A stretch of 64,000 bases of DNA, taken from contig CAWVBZ010000001.1 in the NCBI GenBank assembly GCA_963927785.1, positions 67,783 to 131,782 on the forward strand, in the 5' to 3' direction. The DNA is from Candidatus Saccharimonadota bacterium. Its GTDB lineage: Bacteria; Patescibacteriota; Saccharimonadia; Saccharimonadales; Saccharimonadaceae. The position numbers were made by a program, and so were the translations under genes. The notes beneath the pieces are model-generated. The model saw only the letters and a program-made list of their open reading frames with translations, was not told where the DNA came from and ran no database searches. The stretch's first letter is position 1; each line of letters starts with the position of its first letter. Shown one piece after another: positions 49,529-59,134 of this stretch.

Positions 49529-50883
49529 GTTCAGCTATACGATTATTTGATACGACTATCAAACTTCCGTTTGTTTAAGAACCTTCGTGTCTTCGTTCAG
49601 CTATACGATTATTTGATACGACTATCAAACTGTGCATTGTTTACCCCGAATCAGCTCACCGTTCAGCTATACGATTATTTGATACGACTATCAAACGCCT
49701 GAGGAAGCCAAAAAACAGCATCATCGGTTCAGATATACGATTATTTGATACGACTATCAAACCGGGCCAATAAAGGTGAGTTTGATGTAGAGTTCAGCTA
49801 TACGATTATTTGATACGACTATCAAACGTTTCTTCCATTATTATCTCCTTTCTGTCTGTTCAGCTATACGATTATTTGATACGACTATCAAACGCATGGC
49901 TGCCGACATCAAGGCGTCTGCAAGTTCAGCTATACGATTATTTGATACGACTATCAAACGGTGGCATATTGGTGGCCGGTGGTATTGCGGTTCAGCTATA
50001 CGATTATTTGATACGACTATCAAACGCTCATCGATGTGTTCGTCGTTAGGTTGGTGTTCAGCTATACGATTATTTGATACGACTATCAAACGTATCCCAT
50101 GGGTTGCCACTGGTTGGCGTAGTTCAGCTATACGATTATTTGATACGACTATCAAACAATCAGCATGTTGCGTTTTTCTGGGCTGTAGTTCAGCTATACG
50201 ATTATTTGATACGACTATCAAACTGCTTGCTGGCTTATCTCTCCAGCTACCAGGTTCAGCTATACGATTATTTGATACGACTATCAAACGCACCCGTCGT
50301 TGATTGGGCGAACATATCCGTTCAGCTATACGATTATTTGATACGACTATCAAACCCGTAGCAATAACGTAAAGTAAAAAATACATGTTCAGCTATACGA
50401 TTATTTGATACGACTATCAAACCGGTGGTATGCTCTCTATCCTATCTATCAGTTCAGCTATACGATTATTTGATACGACTATCAAACGGCGCCAGCCCTT
50501 AGCATAGCGTCCTGTAGGTTCAGCTATACGATTATTTGATACGACTATCAAACACGATTAAGGAAGCAAGGGAGATCGTCGATGTTCAGCTATACGATTA
50601 TTTGATACGACTATCAAACGTCATGACTAGAGTATATGACGGATGGGTCTGTTCAGCTATACGATTATTTGATACGACTATCAAACGATTGCGGATAGTA
50701 TACCGCAAACGATTGAGTTCAGCTATACGATTATTTGATACGACTATCAAACGGTATGCCGGGCACATTCCTGTTTCGCGCAGTTCAGCTATACGATTAT
50801 TTGATACGACTATCAAACCGAATAACCGCCACCGTCCAATTTAATCGGTTCAGCTATACGATTATTTGATACGACTATCAAAC
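49529..50883 (-). CRISPR. Type II-A CRISPR array: 21 repeats (GTTTGATAGTCGTATCAAATAATCGTATAGCTGAAC), 20 spacers of 29-31 nt
   Basis: 36-nt repeats with about 66-nt period; one variant repeat at 49727 (C>A at 49733); orientation from GTTT start, leader and cas genes. Confidence 0.98.
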
Positions 50884-50974
50884 CTCAAATTGGCTTGAGC
50901 GTATTTTGTGCAGTCTACGACAATGACCGCAAAACACGTATAACCTACTGCTGCTATCTTATCATAAAATGTCC
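50884..50974 (-). promoter_or_regulatory. CRISPR leader ending in ATTTGAG
   Basis: CTCAAAT at 50884-50890 reads ATTTGAG on the minus strand next to the first repeat, a known type II-A leader-end class. Confidence 0.85.
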
Positions 50975-51643
50975 TTATATCTCGCACAGATCAGCGTCGA
51001 CAATAATCCGGTCACACCCCTCTATTTTTCCATATTGATGACTCTCAATTAGCATAATATCCAGCTGATGATTATCAATATTGCCGATTAGTCTAGCCAT
51101 TTCTCCGTCCAATAAAACAGTACGTAAATTAATAAAGATGAATAATTTAATGCCAGCTAGCTCGGTCATCATGGACATATAATCGGTCAGTAAATCGACA
51201 AAGTTATCTTCGTCGTCGACAATGTGCAGGTTAACGGCCTTGGCAATACTATCAATGGCAAACTCGTCGTTGGCAGACACTTCGAATGTGAATTCCTCGG
51301 CATCCACTACTCTATCTAGATATTGAATAATGCGAGATTTAAATTCGTTTGTCTCCATGTATAACTCGTCAGACAAGGACTGTTTGACGAGTAGCTTTAG
51401 TAAAGTTGTCATAGCGCGTCGGTTATTAAAGTCTAATTTTAGAGGGTTGTAGATAACATCGACATCTTTAGCGAAATTGACTGGCTTACCAGCGTCGGTG
51501 AAATGAAATGGCGCTGCATCAATATCAGATAACCCTCGCAAAATGTTGCGCAAGAATAGCGGCGATTCAATAACTAGTTCATTTAAGTGATTGTTCTCAG
51601 CCCAATCAAGGTGACGTTTTAATTCGGTGTGGGTGAATTTCAT
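50975..51643 (-). CDS. csn2: CRISPR-associated Csn2 (short form)
   Basis: 222 aa; follows cas2; LFIFINLR and IIVDADLCEI termini typical of Csn2. Confidence 0.9.
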   Translation of the reverse strand: MKFTHTELKRHLDWAENNHLNELVIESPLFLRNILRGLSDIDAAPFHFTDAGKPVNFAKDVDVIYNPLKLDFNNRRAMTTLLKLLVKQSLSDELYMETNEFKSRIIQYLDRVVDAEEFTFEVSANDEFAIDSIAKAVNLHIVDDEDNFVDLLTDYMSMMTELAGIKLFIFINLRTVLLDGEMARLIGNIDNHQLDIMLIESHQYGKIEGCDRIIVDADLCEI

Positions 51644-51960
51644 AGTATGATCATCCTATTGTCATTTTGTATATAGGTGTCATCCAATTCGCCTACGACG
51701 ATTTTGATGCTGGCAAATTGCCGTTCAGTAACACTCATAACTTGCACTATTCCCTCCGGCGGCTTGTGCTTCTCGATTCGGTCGCAGGCCTGATCGACCG
51801 CGTGCATGTTGATACAAATTTTAGCGTAAATCGACTCCTGCATCATGGTAAATCCGTCATCGATTAGATATTTGCGAAAATTCCGATAGTGCTTCCGCTG
51901 AGCCGATGTTTCGGTGGGCAAATCAAACATAACCATCACACGCATAAATCTATAGCTCAT
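51640..51960 (-). CDS. cas2: CRISPR-associated Cas2
   Basis: MSYRFMRVMVMFDLP...FRKYLIDDGFTMMQESIYAK. Confidence 0.97.
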   Translation of the reverse strand: MSYRFMRVMVMFDLPTETSAQRKHYRNFRKYLIDDGFTMMQESIYAKICINMHAVDQACDRIEKHKPPEGIVQVMSVTERQFASIKIVVGELDDTYIQNDNRMIIL

Positions 51961-52825
51961 ACCAATCCATTATTTTAGTAGTATCTTTATCCTCGATAGC
52001 ATTAAATACACTGCGAACGTATATACCAATGGCATTGTTTAAATATTGCTCGGAGTTGTTTATCTTAACTCTTGAATTCAATAAATCTAACACTGCAGCT
52101 TTTTCGTCTTTGGCAAATTCTATGTAATGGCAGTTGTATGTAAATAGATCTACAATCGGACGAAACGTTTCCATCAGATCAGAACCTAAATTGAATGGGT
52201 TGCTGGCGTTGTCGTGCCATAGCCCCAGCTGCGTTAAATAGCCATTGGCGGCGATTTCACGATTAAAACATGACAACAAGACTGTGTAGCCATAATTTAA
52301 TACGGCATTGCGAATGTCGGCACTATTGCGATAAAAATCCATGCCAAATAAAGTGTTGAAATAGACTTTGGCGGAGTGTCCCTCGCGGTTAGTTGTGTCA
52401 CCCGGTTGAACTTCGTTGGTAAATTGATCCAATTGGGCGGCACGGTCTGGCTGGCCGATTTTGCGTAGTACGCTAGCCTGGTTCTGAATTTTCCGTCTAG
52501 TGATCGACTGCCAGACTAGTGCTTTAATCTCGTCACTCCATTTGATTTGCGATCGTATCTTACCAGAACTAATATAGTGACCATATAATGGTGTCAATTC
52601 AGCTGTTGGGTTGTGCTTGTTGTCGCAGAAAATAATTTTGATTTTGCGAGCGGCAATCTCGGCAAGCAAGTAAGCCGTCAAAGATATGGCTGTGGTGGCG
52701 CACATGATGACGGATATATCATCAAGAAATATTCGCTTTTCGTCTTCGCCATCACGAATAACGATCGAGCCAAGTTTGTAATCTAGCTTACATCGTTTCT
52801 GGATATACACCACCCGCCAGGACAT
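51950..52825 (-). CDS. cas1: CRISPR-associated Cas1 (type II)
   Basis: MSWRVVYI, TNREGHSAKVYF, NAVLNYGY, GLWHDN, NLGSDLMETFRP. Confidence 0.97.
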   Translation of the reverse strand: MSWRVVYIQKRCKLDYKLGSIVIRDGEDEKRIFLDDISVIMCATTAISLTAYLLAEIAARKIKIIFCDNKHNPTAELTPLYGHYISSGKIRSQIKWSDEIKALVWQSITRRKIQNQASVLRKIGQPDRAAQLDQFTNEVQPGDTTNREGHSAKVYFNTLFGMDFYRNSADIRNAVLNYGYTVLLSCFNREIAANGYLTQLGLWHDNASNPFNLGSDLMETFRPIVDLFTYNCHYIEFAKDEKAAVLDLLNSRVKINNSEQYLNNAIGIYVRSVFNAIEDKDTTKIMDWYEL

Positions 52826-52835
52826 CTGCTGCTCG

Positions 52836-55800
52836 CTATATTTTTACTTCACCTGGCTGAACAGTTTTTAGATCGATTACTTTTTCGTATAAGCCGGCGG
52901 TTGACTGGAGAACGAGCTTAATGCTGCTGTAATTTGATATATTGCTTGCAGCCGTGCACCCACCTAATTGTTGTGCTCTTGGGACGAATTTAGATAAATC
53001 GCCGTGACTGGCATTGCAACCGACTATATCAAGAATAGTCTGTATTGATTTGCATTGATCTTCTAATGACAACTGACTGAATTCATTTGTATAGCTAGAG
53101 AGCTCGTAAATTCTGCTGCCAAACTTTGGCGCATCTTTGAATATTTTTAATCGGCTGGTCAATGTTTGGAATAAGTCAATATTTCCATCCTTAGCTATTT
53201 CATCTTTTTTGGTAATATCGTATTTCTTGTCGTTAAGTTTAGTTGCCGTTGAGCATACTCTCTTTAGATATGGAATGCTGTCGATCGGTAGATAAAGTTG
53301 TTTTGCTGGATAGAATGAAAGTTGATCGCCTGTTCTACCAGTCAAATGAACTGGGAAGCCGTTGACGACCAGTTTGGACATGTAATCAATGCGTGGAATT
53401 ATTACCTTGGCTCCGGCATAGGTTCTGGCTATATATTGGTTGACATGGCTTTCCTCTAGGATTGGAATGGAGACGAGCTTGCGTGTTCCATTAGGCAGCT
53501 CGATAAGCGTGAAGTAGGCACCCATAGCGCTGTTGTAGCCACCATACTTAGAGGTGTCTTGCAGTCGGCTATCTTTTTTGCGTGGGATATAGTTATCGGC
53601 TTTTCGAACTAATTGAGCATCCATCAGCCCCCCGCCCTTGCTACTTAGCCGGTGATGCATGCGTGTCCACACGACATCATTGCGTTTCATAGTGTTGCAA
53701 ACTGTCTTCAGACTTTCGGCGAAGTTCCATGCCTTAACGATTGGGTATTTAGTTGTATTGCCATCTTTCTTGGTGTAAATTTCGCTATCGCGGAAAATTA
53801 GCTCAGTCCTAATGGTGTAGTTTTGTCTCCCCTCGTCGTCTCTCTCCTTGATCCATCGGTACGGATTGTCAGTAAAGGTGGAATTAATGACATTGCCGGC
53901 AACAATGTTCAGATAGGCGTCCTTGGCGTGGTGGGTGTCGTTTAGTTCACGAACTTTGATGAACTCGGGGTGAATAGGGTTGCTGTTATATCCATAGTAT
54001 TTGCGAATGCCGGAGGCCAGGTTGGCTTTGACGGTAATGACCTTGGTATCTTTTAGATGTTCCTGCAGTAATTCACCAATTGCCTTGGTCGACTGCCCCG
54101 TTTCCACTAACTGTCTGGAAATAAATCCTGCTAATTCGTCAGGCGTTAACGGTTGTGTCCTCGTCAGGCGCTCGTACTTTTCCTTGGTGATTAAACCGCT
54201 GCGGTACCAATAACTCCACACCTTGTGCATGCGATCCTGAATGTCGGAGCTGATGGGATACGTATTGGTTTTCTCACGGTTCTTCTCTGCCTTTACTAAA
54301 ACGAGATTTCTGGTAATGCTGTCGTCCTTAGTCTTGGAACGTGGGTAAATATGATCAATATCGTATAGCTGAGTGTTGTTAATCTCCTCGATGTTGATGC
54401 GTTCGCCAGTGTAAGCGCACTTGCCCATTTGCTGGAAGTAAAGGAATAGCTTCTTTGATTGCAGGTCGCGATCGTCTTTGCTTTCGAGTGCGTCAATAAG
54501 ATCGTTGATCTCCTTATCCTCGCCTTTTTTCATTGCATGATACTTATCTAACAAGTCTTTACGGCGAGCGAGCTTAACCTTCTTCTGGCCCTTTTCTTCC
54601 CCGCGTGTCACCTCGATGAAAATTTTAGCTGGATCATGCTCCGTAACTTGGCGAATTTCATTGACGATCTTGATGGCTTGCCAGACGGTTCGCTTGACGG
54701 CTGGTGAGCAATACAGGTTTTGGACTTGATCGTAGGTTAATTCTTCGTTTTCATTGTCGGCGTGAGCTTTATTGACTTTGTCTAGCTCGTCCTTAAAGCC
54801 GAACTCGCCACCCAGCAGCTCCATTAAGTTGTGCGGAGTCTCCCATAGTGCATCCATAATTGTCATTGATTGGCCATCAACGTCGGTACGAACGCCATAT
54901 AGAAAGTCGGCGCTAAATTGTCCCCAGTCACTGTACTTTAACTTGGACAAACGATTGGCTTGCTCGTCTGTGCAATTTAACTCTTCTTTAACTTTAGTTG
55001 CTAGCATCTTGGGCTCGTTATTCAGAATCGTGATAAGTTCAGCGATCTTGTCTAGCTGTTGGACTGAGTACTGTTTATTGTAATCGGGGCCTAGGATGCG
55101 ATAGAAATCCATGTGCGTAGATAGCTTTGGCAGAGTCTTGGCTTCGGCGCTGCCACCTAGCTCGTCGGTCTTGCTAATCATGTCGACTGAGCGCATGTAG
55201 GCCTCAAGTTTATGCAGAGTAACGTTGCCGCCCAACTCGCCGCCTAAGTAGGCTTGATTGTAGATCTGTTGCTTGAGATCGTTGTCAATGCGATGACCAT
55301 TGATTTTTAAATTGTTCAGCTCGTTTAAAACCATGTATTTTTGATAGGATAGCGAACATTTCGGCAATGTTGATGCACCGACTACATAGGTGCATTCGTT
55401 TTTCATTCGTTCGATGAATCTGCTAGCTCGCTGACCAAGGTCTACTAGCTCTGTATAATTCCACGGGTAAACAACTTGGTTAATAGCCTCGCCCCAAGCG
55501 AACTTATTGTTGTTGTCGGTTGCTGATGCCATTGGGCCACAATAGTATGGAATCCTGAATGAGTGAATCGCCTCAATCTTCTTGGCTTTAGTGTTATAGG
55601 ACGGACTCTCATTGGGGTTTTCAATAGCAAAGCTTGGATAATCCTGGCACAGCTTTCGTAGGATCAATGCAAGTTCATTATGGTGTATTTGCTGAGGAAT
55701 TGTTCCCTTTGCATAGCCGCGTTGCTTGGGAAGTAGTTTGCGCCCTTTCGCTCTTTGCAATAAGTCGCCGGTAATGCCATTCTTCTCAAATAACCTTTCT

Positions 55801-57014
55801 AGCTCTTTGTTTAAGTCCTCCTGGTTGACGTTATATGCCTTGCCTTTGGCGCTAGATCCCTTGCTGATATAGGCGTTATAAAATACATCCTTGTCACTGG
55901 TAGCTTCAGTAGTATTAAAGAAATGCTTGTAATCATCGGCAAACGGCTTCAGAGCTGCCTTGATTTTAGCCAAATCTTGTTTGTGCTGGTCATAATTATG
56001 AACCATGGCGGCAGAGATGCTGTCATTGCCAGCCAGTAAGTCGTCTAGGTAGATGTAGTCATAGATTGATTTGGCTGCAAGAATCAGATCCATGCCCCTG
56101 TCAACATCTGAGATGTAGGCGTCAATTTCTGATGCTTTATCCTCAAAATTGTCGCCAGAAAAGTCCAATGATAGCTTATCGTCGGCTTCAATGCCGAACA
56201 TTCTGTCTAGGCCAACTTTGCCACCACATAATAGATTGGCCAATAATTTGTAGTCGCCACCAAACACTTCGTCGTCAACTGGGTTGTCCTCGTCAAAGAT
56301 AATTGCAGTTAGTTGCTTGCGTTTGTCTATCTTGCTAATTTTTTGCTTTAGCAAATTCTCAACCTCGACCATCTTGCCCATATCGATATTGATGCCGCAA
56401 GTCTGGGCGGAGTCGCATAAATTGTTCCATAGTTCGGTAAAATCACCGGCACCGCTCTGGATTTCGCCGCTACGTAGGAAATGGCCACGGTGCTTAATAA
56501 TGTGCTCAATAGCCAGGTAATAATGACGAATATCAAAATGAATGTCTGGATTGTTGACTGCCTCAATGATAGCTTTGCGTAAATGCCATATGGTCGGATA
56601 CTCTTTGCGATAATCAGCGTCGTTGTATCCTGGATCGTTAAACAAGATGTATTTGGTTCGGGCAGACTCGTTGCTAAAGCCTCGCTTGTCCTCCTCCAGA
56701 AACAGACTTTCCCGTAAGCGGATATAAAAGTCGGGGTCAACCTTAGCCATTTCCCGGCTGAATAAACTCTGCAATAATTTGATGCGTTTTTTAGATCGAG
56801 CTAAACGTCGTCTAGTGGAACGGTAGCCACGTCGCTCAGCGGCAGTGCTGGCTTCGTCGAACAGTCGCATACCCCATAGAGTTTTGCCACGACGTCGTAG
56901 TAAGTGATATTGTTCGTCGGTGACGGCCCATCCAACAGAGTTTGTGCCGCAGTCTAGACCGATATAGTACTTGTCAAAGTTCGCATCATTATTCATCTTG
57001 TATTTATTATACAT
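52836..57014 (-). CDS. cas9: Cas9 endonuclease, type II-A, catalytic residues intact
   Basis: RuvC-I GLDCGTNSVGWAV, Arg-rich bridge helix, RuvC-II IFIEVTR, HNH DIDHIYP...NLVLV...N, RuvC-III HHAKDAYL; start may be ATG 56996. Confidence 0.98.
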   Translation of the reverse strand: MYNKYKMNNDANFDKYYIGLDCGTNSVGWAVTDEQYHLLRRRGKTLWGMRLFDEASTAAERRGYRSTRRRLARSKKRIKLLQSLFSREMAKVDPDFYIRLRESLFLEEDKRGFSNESARTKYILFNDPGYNDADYRKEYPTIWHLRKAIIEAVNNPDIHFDIRHYYLAIEHIIKHRGHFLRSGEIQSGAGDFTELWNNLCDSAQTCGINIDMGKMVEVENLLKQKISKIDKRKQLTAIIFDEDNPVDDEVFGGDYKLLANLLCGGKVGLDRMFGIEADDKLSLDFSGDNFEDKASEIDAYISDVDRGMDLILAAKSIYDYIYLDDLLAGNDSISAAMVHNYDQHKQDLAKIKAALKPFADDYKHFFNTTEATSDKDVFYNAYISKGSSAKGKAYNVNQEDLNKELERLFEKNGITGDLLQRAKGRKLLPKQRGYAKGTIPQQIHHNELALILRKLCQDYPSFAIENPNESPSYNTKAKKIEAIHSFRIPYYCGPMASATDNNNKFAWGEAINQVVYPWNYTELVDLGQRASRFIERMKNECTYVVGASTLPKCSLSYQKYMVLNELNNLKINGHRIDNDLKQQIYNQAYLGGELGGNVTLHKLEAYMRSVDMISKTDELGGSAEAKTLPKLSTHMDFYRILGPDYNKQYSVQQLDKIAELITILNNEPKMLATKVKEELNCTDEQANRLSKLKYSDWGQFSADFLYGVRTDVDGQSMTIMDALWETPHNLMELLGGEFGFKDELDKVNKAHADNENEELTYDQVQNLYCSPAVKRTVWQAIKIVNEIRQVTEHDPAKIFIEVTRGEEKGQKKVKLARRKDLLDKYHAMKKGEDKEINDLIDALESKDDRDLQSKKLFLYFQQMGKCAYTGERINIEEINNTQLYDIDHIYPRSKTKDDSITRNLVLVKAEKNREKTNTYPISSDIQDRMHKVWSYWYRSGLITKEKYERLTRTQPLTPDELAGFISRQLVETGQSTKAIGELLQEHLKDTKVITVKANLASGIRKYYGYNSNPIHPEFIKVRELNDTHHAKDAYLNIVAGNVINSTFTDNPYRWIKERDDEGRQNYTIRTELIFRDSEIYTKKDGNTTKYPIVKAWNFAESLKTVCNTMKRNDVVWTRMHHRLSSKGGGLMDAQLVRKADNYIPRKKDSRLQDTSKYGGYNSAMGAYFTLIELPNGTRKLVSIPILEESHVNQYIARTYAGAKVIIPRIDYMSKLVVNGFPVHLTGRTGDQLSFYPAKQLYLPIDSIPYLKRVCSTATKLNDKKYDITKKDEIAKDGNIDLFQTLTSRLKIFKDAPKFGSRIYELSSYTNEFSQLSLEDQCKSIQTILDIVGCNASHGDLSKFVPRAQQLGGCTAASNISNYSSIKLVLQSTAGLYEKVIDLKTVQPGEVKI

Positions 57015-57032
57015 TATTAGTATAATCAGGAT

Positions 57033-57124
57033 AGTTCAACTATACGAACGATACGACAAGTTCAAATAAGCGTTCACTTTATGTGAATTAGCGAAATCAT
57101 AGCGGCATTGTGCCGCATTTTTTG
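57033..57124 (+). ncRNA. tracrRNA
   Basis: Promoter TTGTAT-N17-TATAAT (56998-57026); anti-repeat GTTCAACTATACGAACGATACGACAAGTTCAAAT followed by AAG; hairpins and GCGGCA/TGCCGC plus U-tract. Confidence 0.88.
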
Positions 57125-57128
57125 TTGA

Positions 57129-57716
57129 TCACTTCTCTAGCGATTTGATGTATTGATATATCTTATTCCAATCATTGGTGGCTAGGTCGACGCCCTGAAC
57201 TTGGCGGTTATAGGCGTGGCTAATCATGATGATGTGCTTGACGCCCTCCTTCTGCAGATTGGCGATGTTGATAGGCGAATCCTCAATATATACTTCGGCT
57301 TTGGCTTGCCCCTTGTCAGCGGTTAGCATTACTTCGTCATAATTAAGCCCGATTTTATTTAACCACTCGATAGTCTCGTCGTGAGCCTGGCGGTTAATCC
57401 ATTCCCGGTCAGTGCCATTGAGCTGCGAGAAGCCTCGATGGGTGGCGACAACAATTTGATTGCCCTCATCGTGTAGCTTGTTGAGTTTAGTAATTGCTTG
57501 CGGGTCAATGACGGCCTCGTTTAGATAGCCATGATCGGCTACTATCTGAATATACTTTTTGACAAAGTCATCCTTGTTAATAAAGAAGTCTTTCCATGTG
57601 GTGGCATGGAAATAAGCATAACCATCGGGCTCTGGCATGTCCTGCAGGTGATAATAATCCGCCATCATTTTGTTAAAGTCGCCTAGGCAACCATCAATAT
57701 CTACCATAATGCGCAT
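57129..57716 (-). CDS. 5'(3')-deoxyribonucleotidase (NT5C-like HAD)
   Basis: MRIMVDIDGCL, VATHR, YIEDSPINI, AYNR. Confidence 0.8.
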   Translation of the reverse strand: MRIMVDIDGCLGDFNKMMADYYHLQDMPEPDGYAYFHATTWKDFFINKDDFVKKYIQIVADHGYLNEAVIDPQAITKLNKLHDEGNQIVVATHRGFSQLNGTDREWINRQAHDETIEWLNKIGLNYDEVMLTADKGQAKAEVYIEDSPINIANLQKEGVKHIIMISHAYNRQVQGVDLATNDWNKIYQYIKSLEK

Positions 57717-57778
57717 ACTTATATCCTACCATTTTTTAAAATCTAGTGATTTGCTGAACAAAATGCAAAATGCTTGAG

Positions 57779-57805
57779 TTAGCACTCTTGACGTTAGAGT
57801 GCTAA
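57779..57805. promoter_or_regulatory. CIRCE operator (HrcA site) overlapping the hsp20 -35 box
   Basis: Perfect TTAGCACTC-N9-GAGTGCTAA; TTGACG (57788)-N17-TATACT (57811). Confidence 0.93.
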
Positions 57806-57874
57806 CTGACTATACTACTAAATAGATAGATTGAAACACCAATCAAGCTATCGGGGTAAAAGAAGGAGGAAGAA

Positions 57875-58315
57875 ATGAGTAATCTAATTAAATATGATCC
57901 ATTTGCCGAGTTGGATGCTTTGCAGCGTCGTTTCTTTGGTGACGACCTATTCATGCGTGATGCTGCCACTAACATCCCAACCACTGATGTTTACGAAAAG
58001 AATGGCAACCTAGTTGTCGAGGCTCATCTGCCAAACTTTGATCGCGAGGATGTTGACATTCAAATCGATGGCGACAATCTAGTTATCAGCGCTGAGCGCC
58101 ATGAGAAAGAAGAAGACAAGGACAAGAAGTATATCGTTCGCGAAAGTTCTAGCAACTTCTATCGCACCATTTCCTTGCCTGAGCGTGCCAACAAGGACGA
58201 CATTAGTGCTGATATGATCAATGGCAAGCTGGTTGTCACTATCCCAATGACACCGCTACCATCAGCCCGTAAGATTGCTATTGGCGATGGCAAGAAGTCT
58301 GACAAAAAGGACTAA
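57875..58315 (+). CDS. Small heat-shock protein Hsp20
   Basis: TDVYE, VEAHLP, LVISAER, FYRTISLP, ISADMINGKLVVTIP; CIRCE upstream. Confidence 0.93.
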   Translation: MSNLIKYDPFAELDALQRRFFGDDLFMRDAATNIPTTDVYEKNGNLVVEAHLPNFDREDVDIQIDGDNLVISAERHEKEEDKDKKYIVRESSSNFYRTISLPERANKDDISADMINGKLVVTIPMTPLPSARKIAIGDGKKSDKKD

Positions 58316-58403
58316 CTAAAGATTAATTATCTGCCATATTGTGAGGTTGAGCCGCCCTGCCTGGGCGGCTTTTTAGTTTTTTAAATTACTGATACCCTGC
58401 GTA

Positions 58404-59084
58404 TTATTTAATGCGTAGTTGTCGCAAATAGCACTTAGTCTGATTGTCTATTCGACATGATTCGCAGGCTTTCTGAATAGTTTTGTTGTGCACCCATTTT
58501 GGTAATCTATGCTCAGTTAAATATGGGATAGTTGCGTTGTATTGTTTGGCTAAGGCAGTGGCAAAATACCAGGCTTGCATCATTTTGACGTAATACTCGT
58601 CACTATTAATTGTAGCAACTAAGTCTAATTGCTCGGATGTAAAGTAAGTGTCTAGGTAATTGGATAGCAACAGTCCAACGGCAAAGCGAACTGTGTAGGC
58701 ATGTTCTGATTTTATCCATTGACGAATAAGAATTAGCACTTCGTCGTGGTGATTGCCAAAAGCTTTGGGCTGAAAACTATCGCAAACTGCCCAATTATTT
58801 ATGTAAGGCAAGAATTCCTGTGTTAACTCCACTACTCTATCGAAGTCTTTGATGTTTGCAATTAAAAAGGCGTGCAATAAATTCCCCTCGTAGTAATGAT
58901 GTGGCAGCTGCTTAAGAAACTCCGCGCATTTGCCCTGCTCTTCTTTGACTAATTGTTTGGCCAGTCGACGTAACTGTGGTATGCGCACGCCAATAATGGT
59001 GTCGCTGGGAATATTGGGAATTAACTTGGCTTGAAATGCCTGGTATTCGCGATTTTGCAGGGCAAATAGTTGCTTGTTGAACAT
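58404..59084 (-). CDS. DNA alkylation repair protein (AlkD-like)
   Basis: IIGVRIPQLR, INNWAVCD, YYVKMMQAWYFATA, NKTIQKACES. Confidence 0.88.
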   Translation of the reverse strand: MFNKQLFALQNREYQAFQAKLIPNIPSDTIIGVRIPQLRRLAKQLVKEEQGKCAEFLKQLPHHYYEGNLLHAFLIANIKDFDRVVELTQEFLPYINNWAVCDSFQPKAFGNHHDEVLILIRQWIKSEHAYTVRFAVGLLLSNYLDTYFTSEQLDLVATINSDEYYVKMMQAWYFATALAKQYNATIPYLTEHRLPKWVHNKTIQKACESCRIDNQTKCYLRQLRIK

Positions 59085-59134
59085 GACGCTATTATATCGA
59101 TAAACAACAACAGTAGTGTATACTGATTGTAGTT

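Noticed and set aside
49810-50844. Repetitive ORFs over the CRISPR array (LIVVSNNRIAE, SAIRLFDTTIK, VQLYDYLIRLSN)
   Set aside because: Translations of the 66-nt repeat-spacer period, not genes
49565-50847. Self-targeting spacers
   Set aside because: No spacer match to this window found by eye; a BLASTn-short search against the whole genome is needed to exclude it
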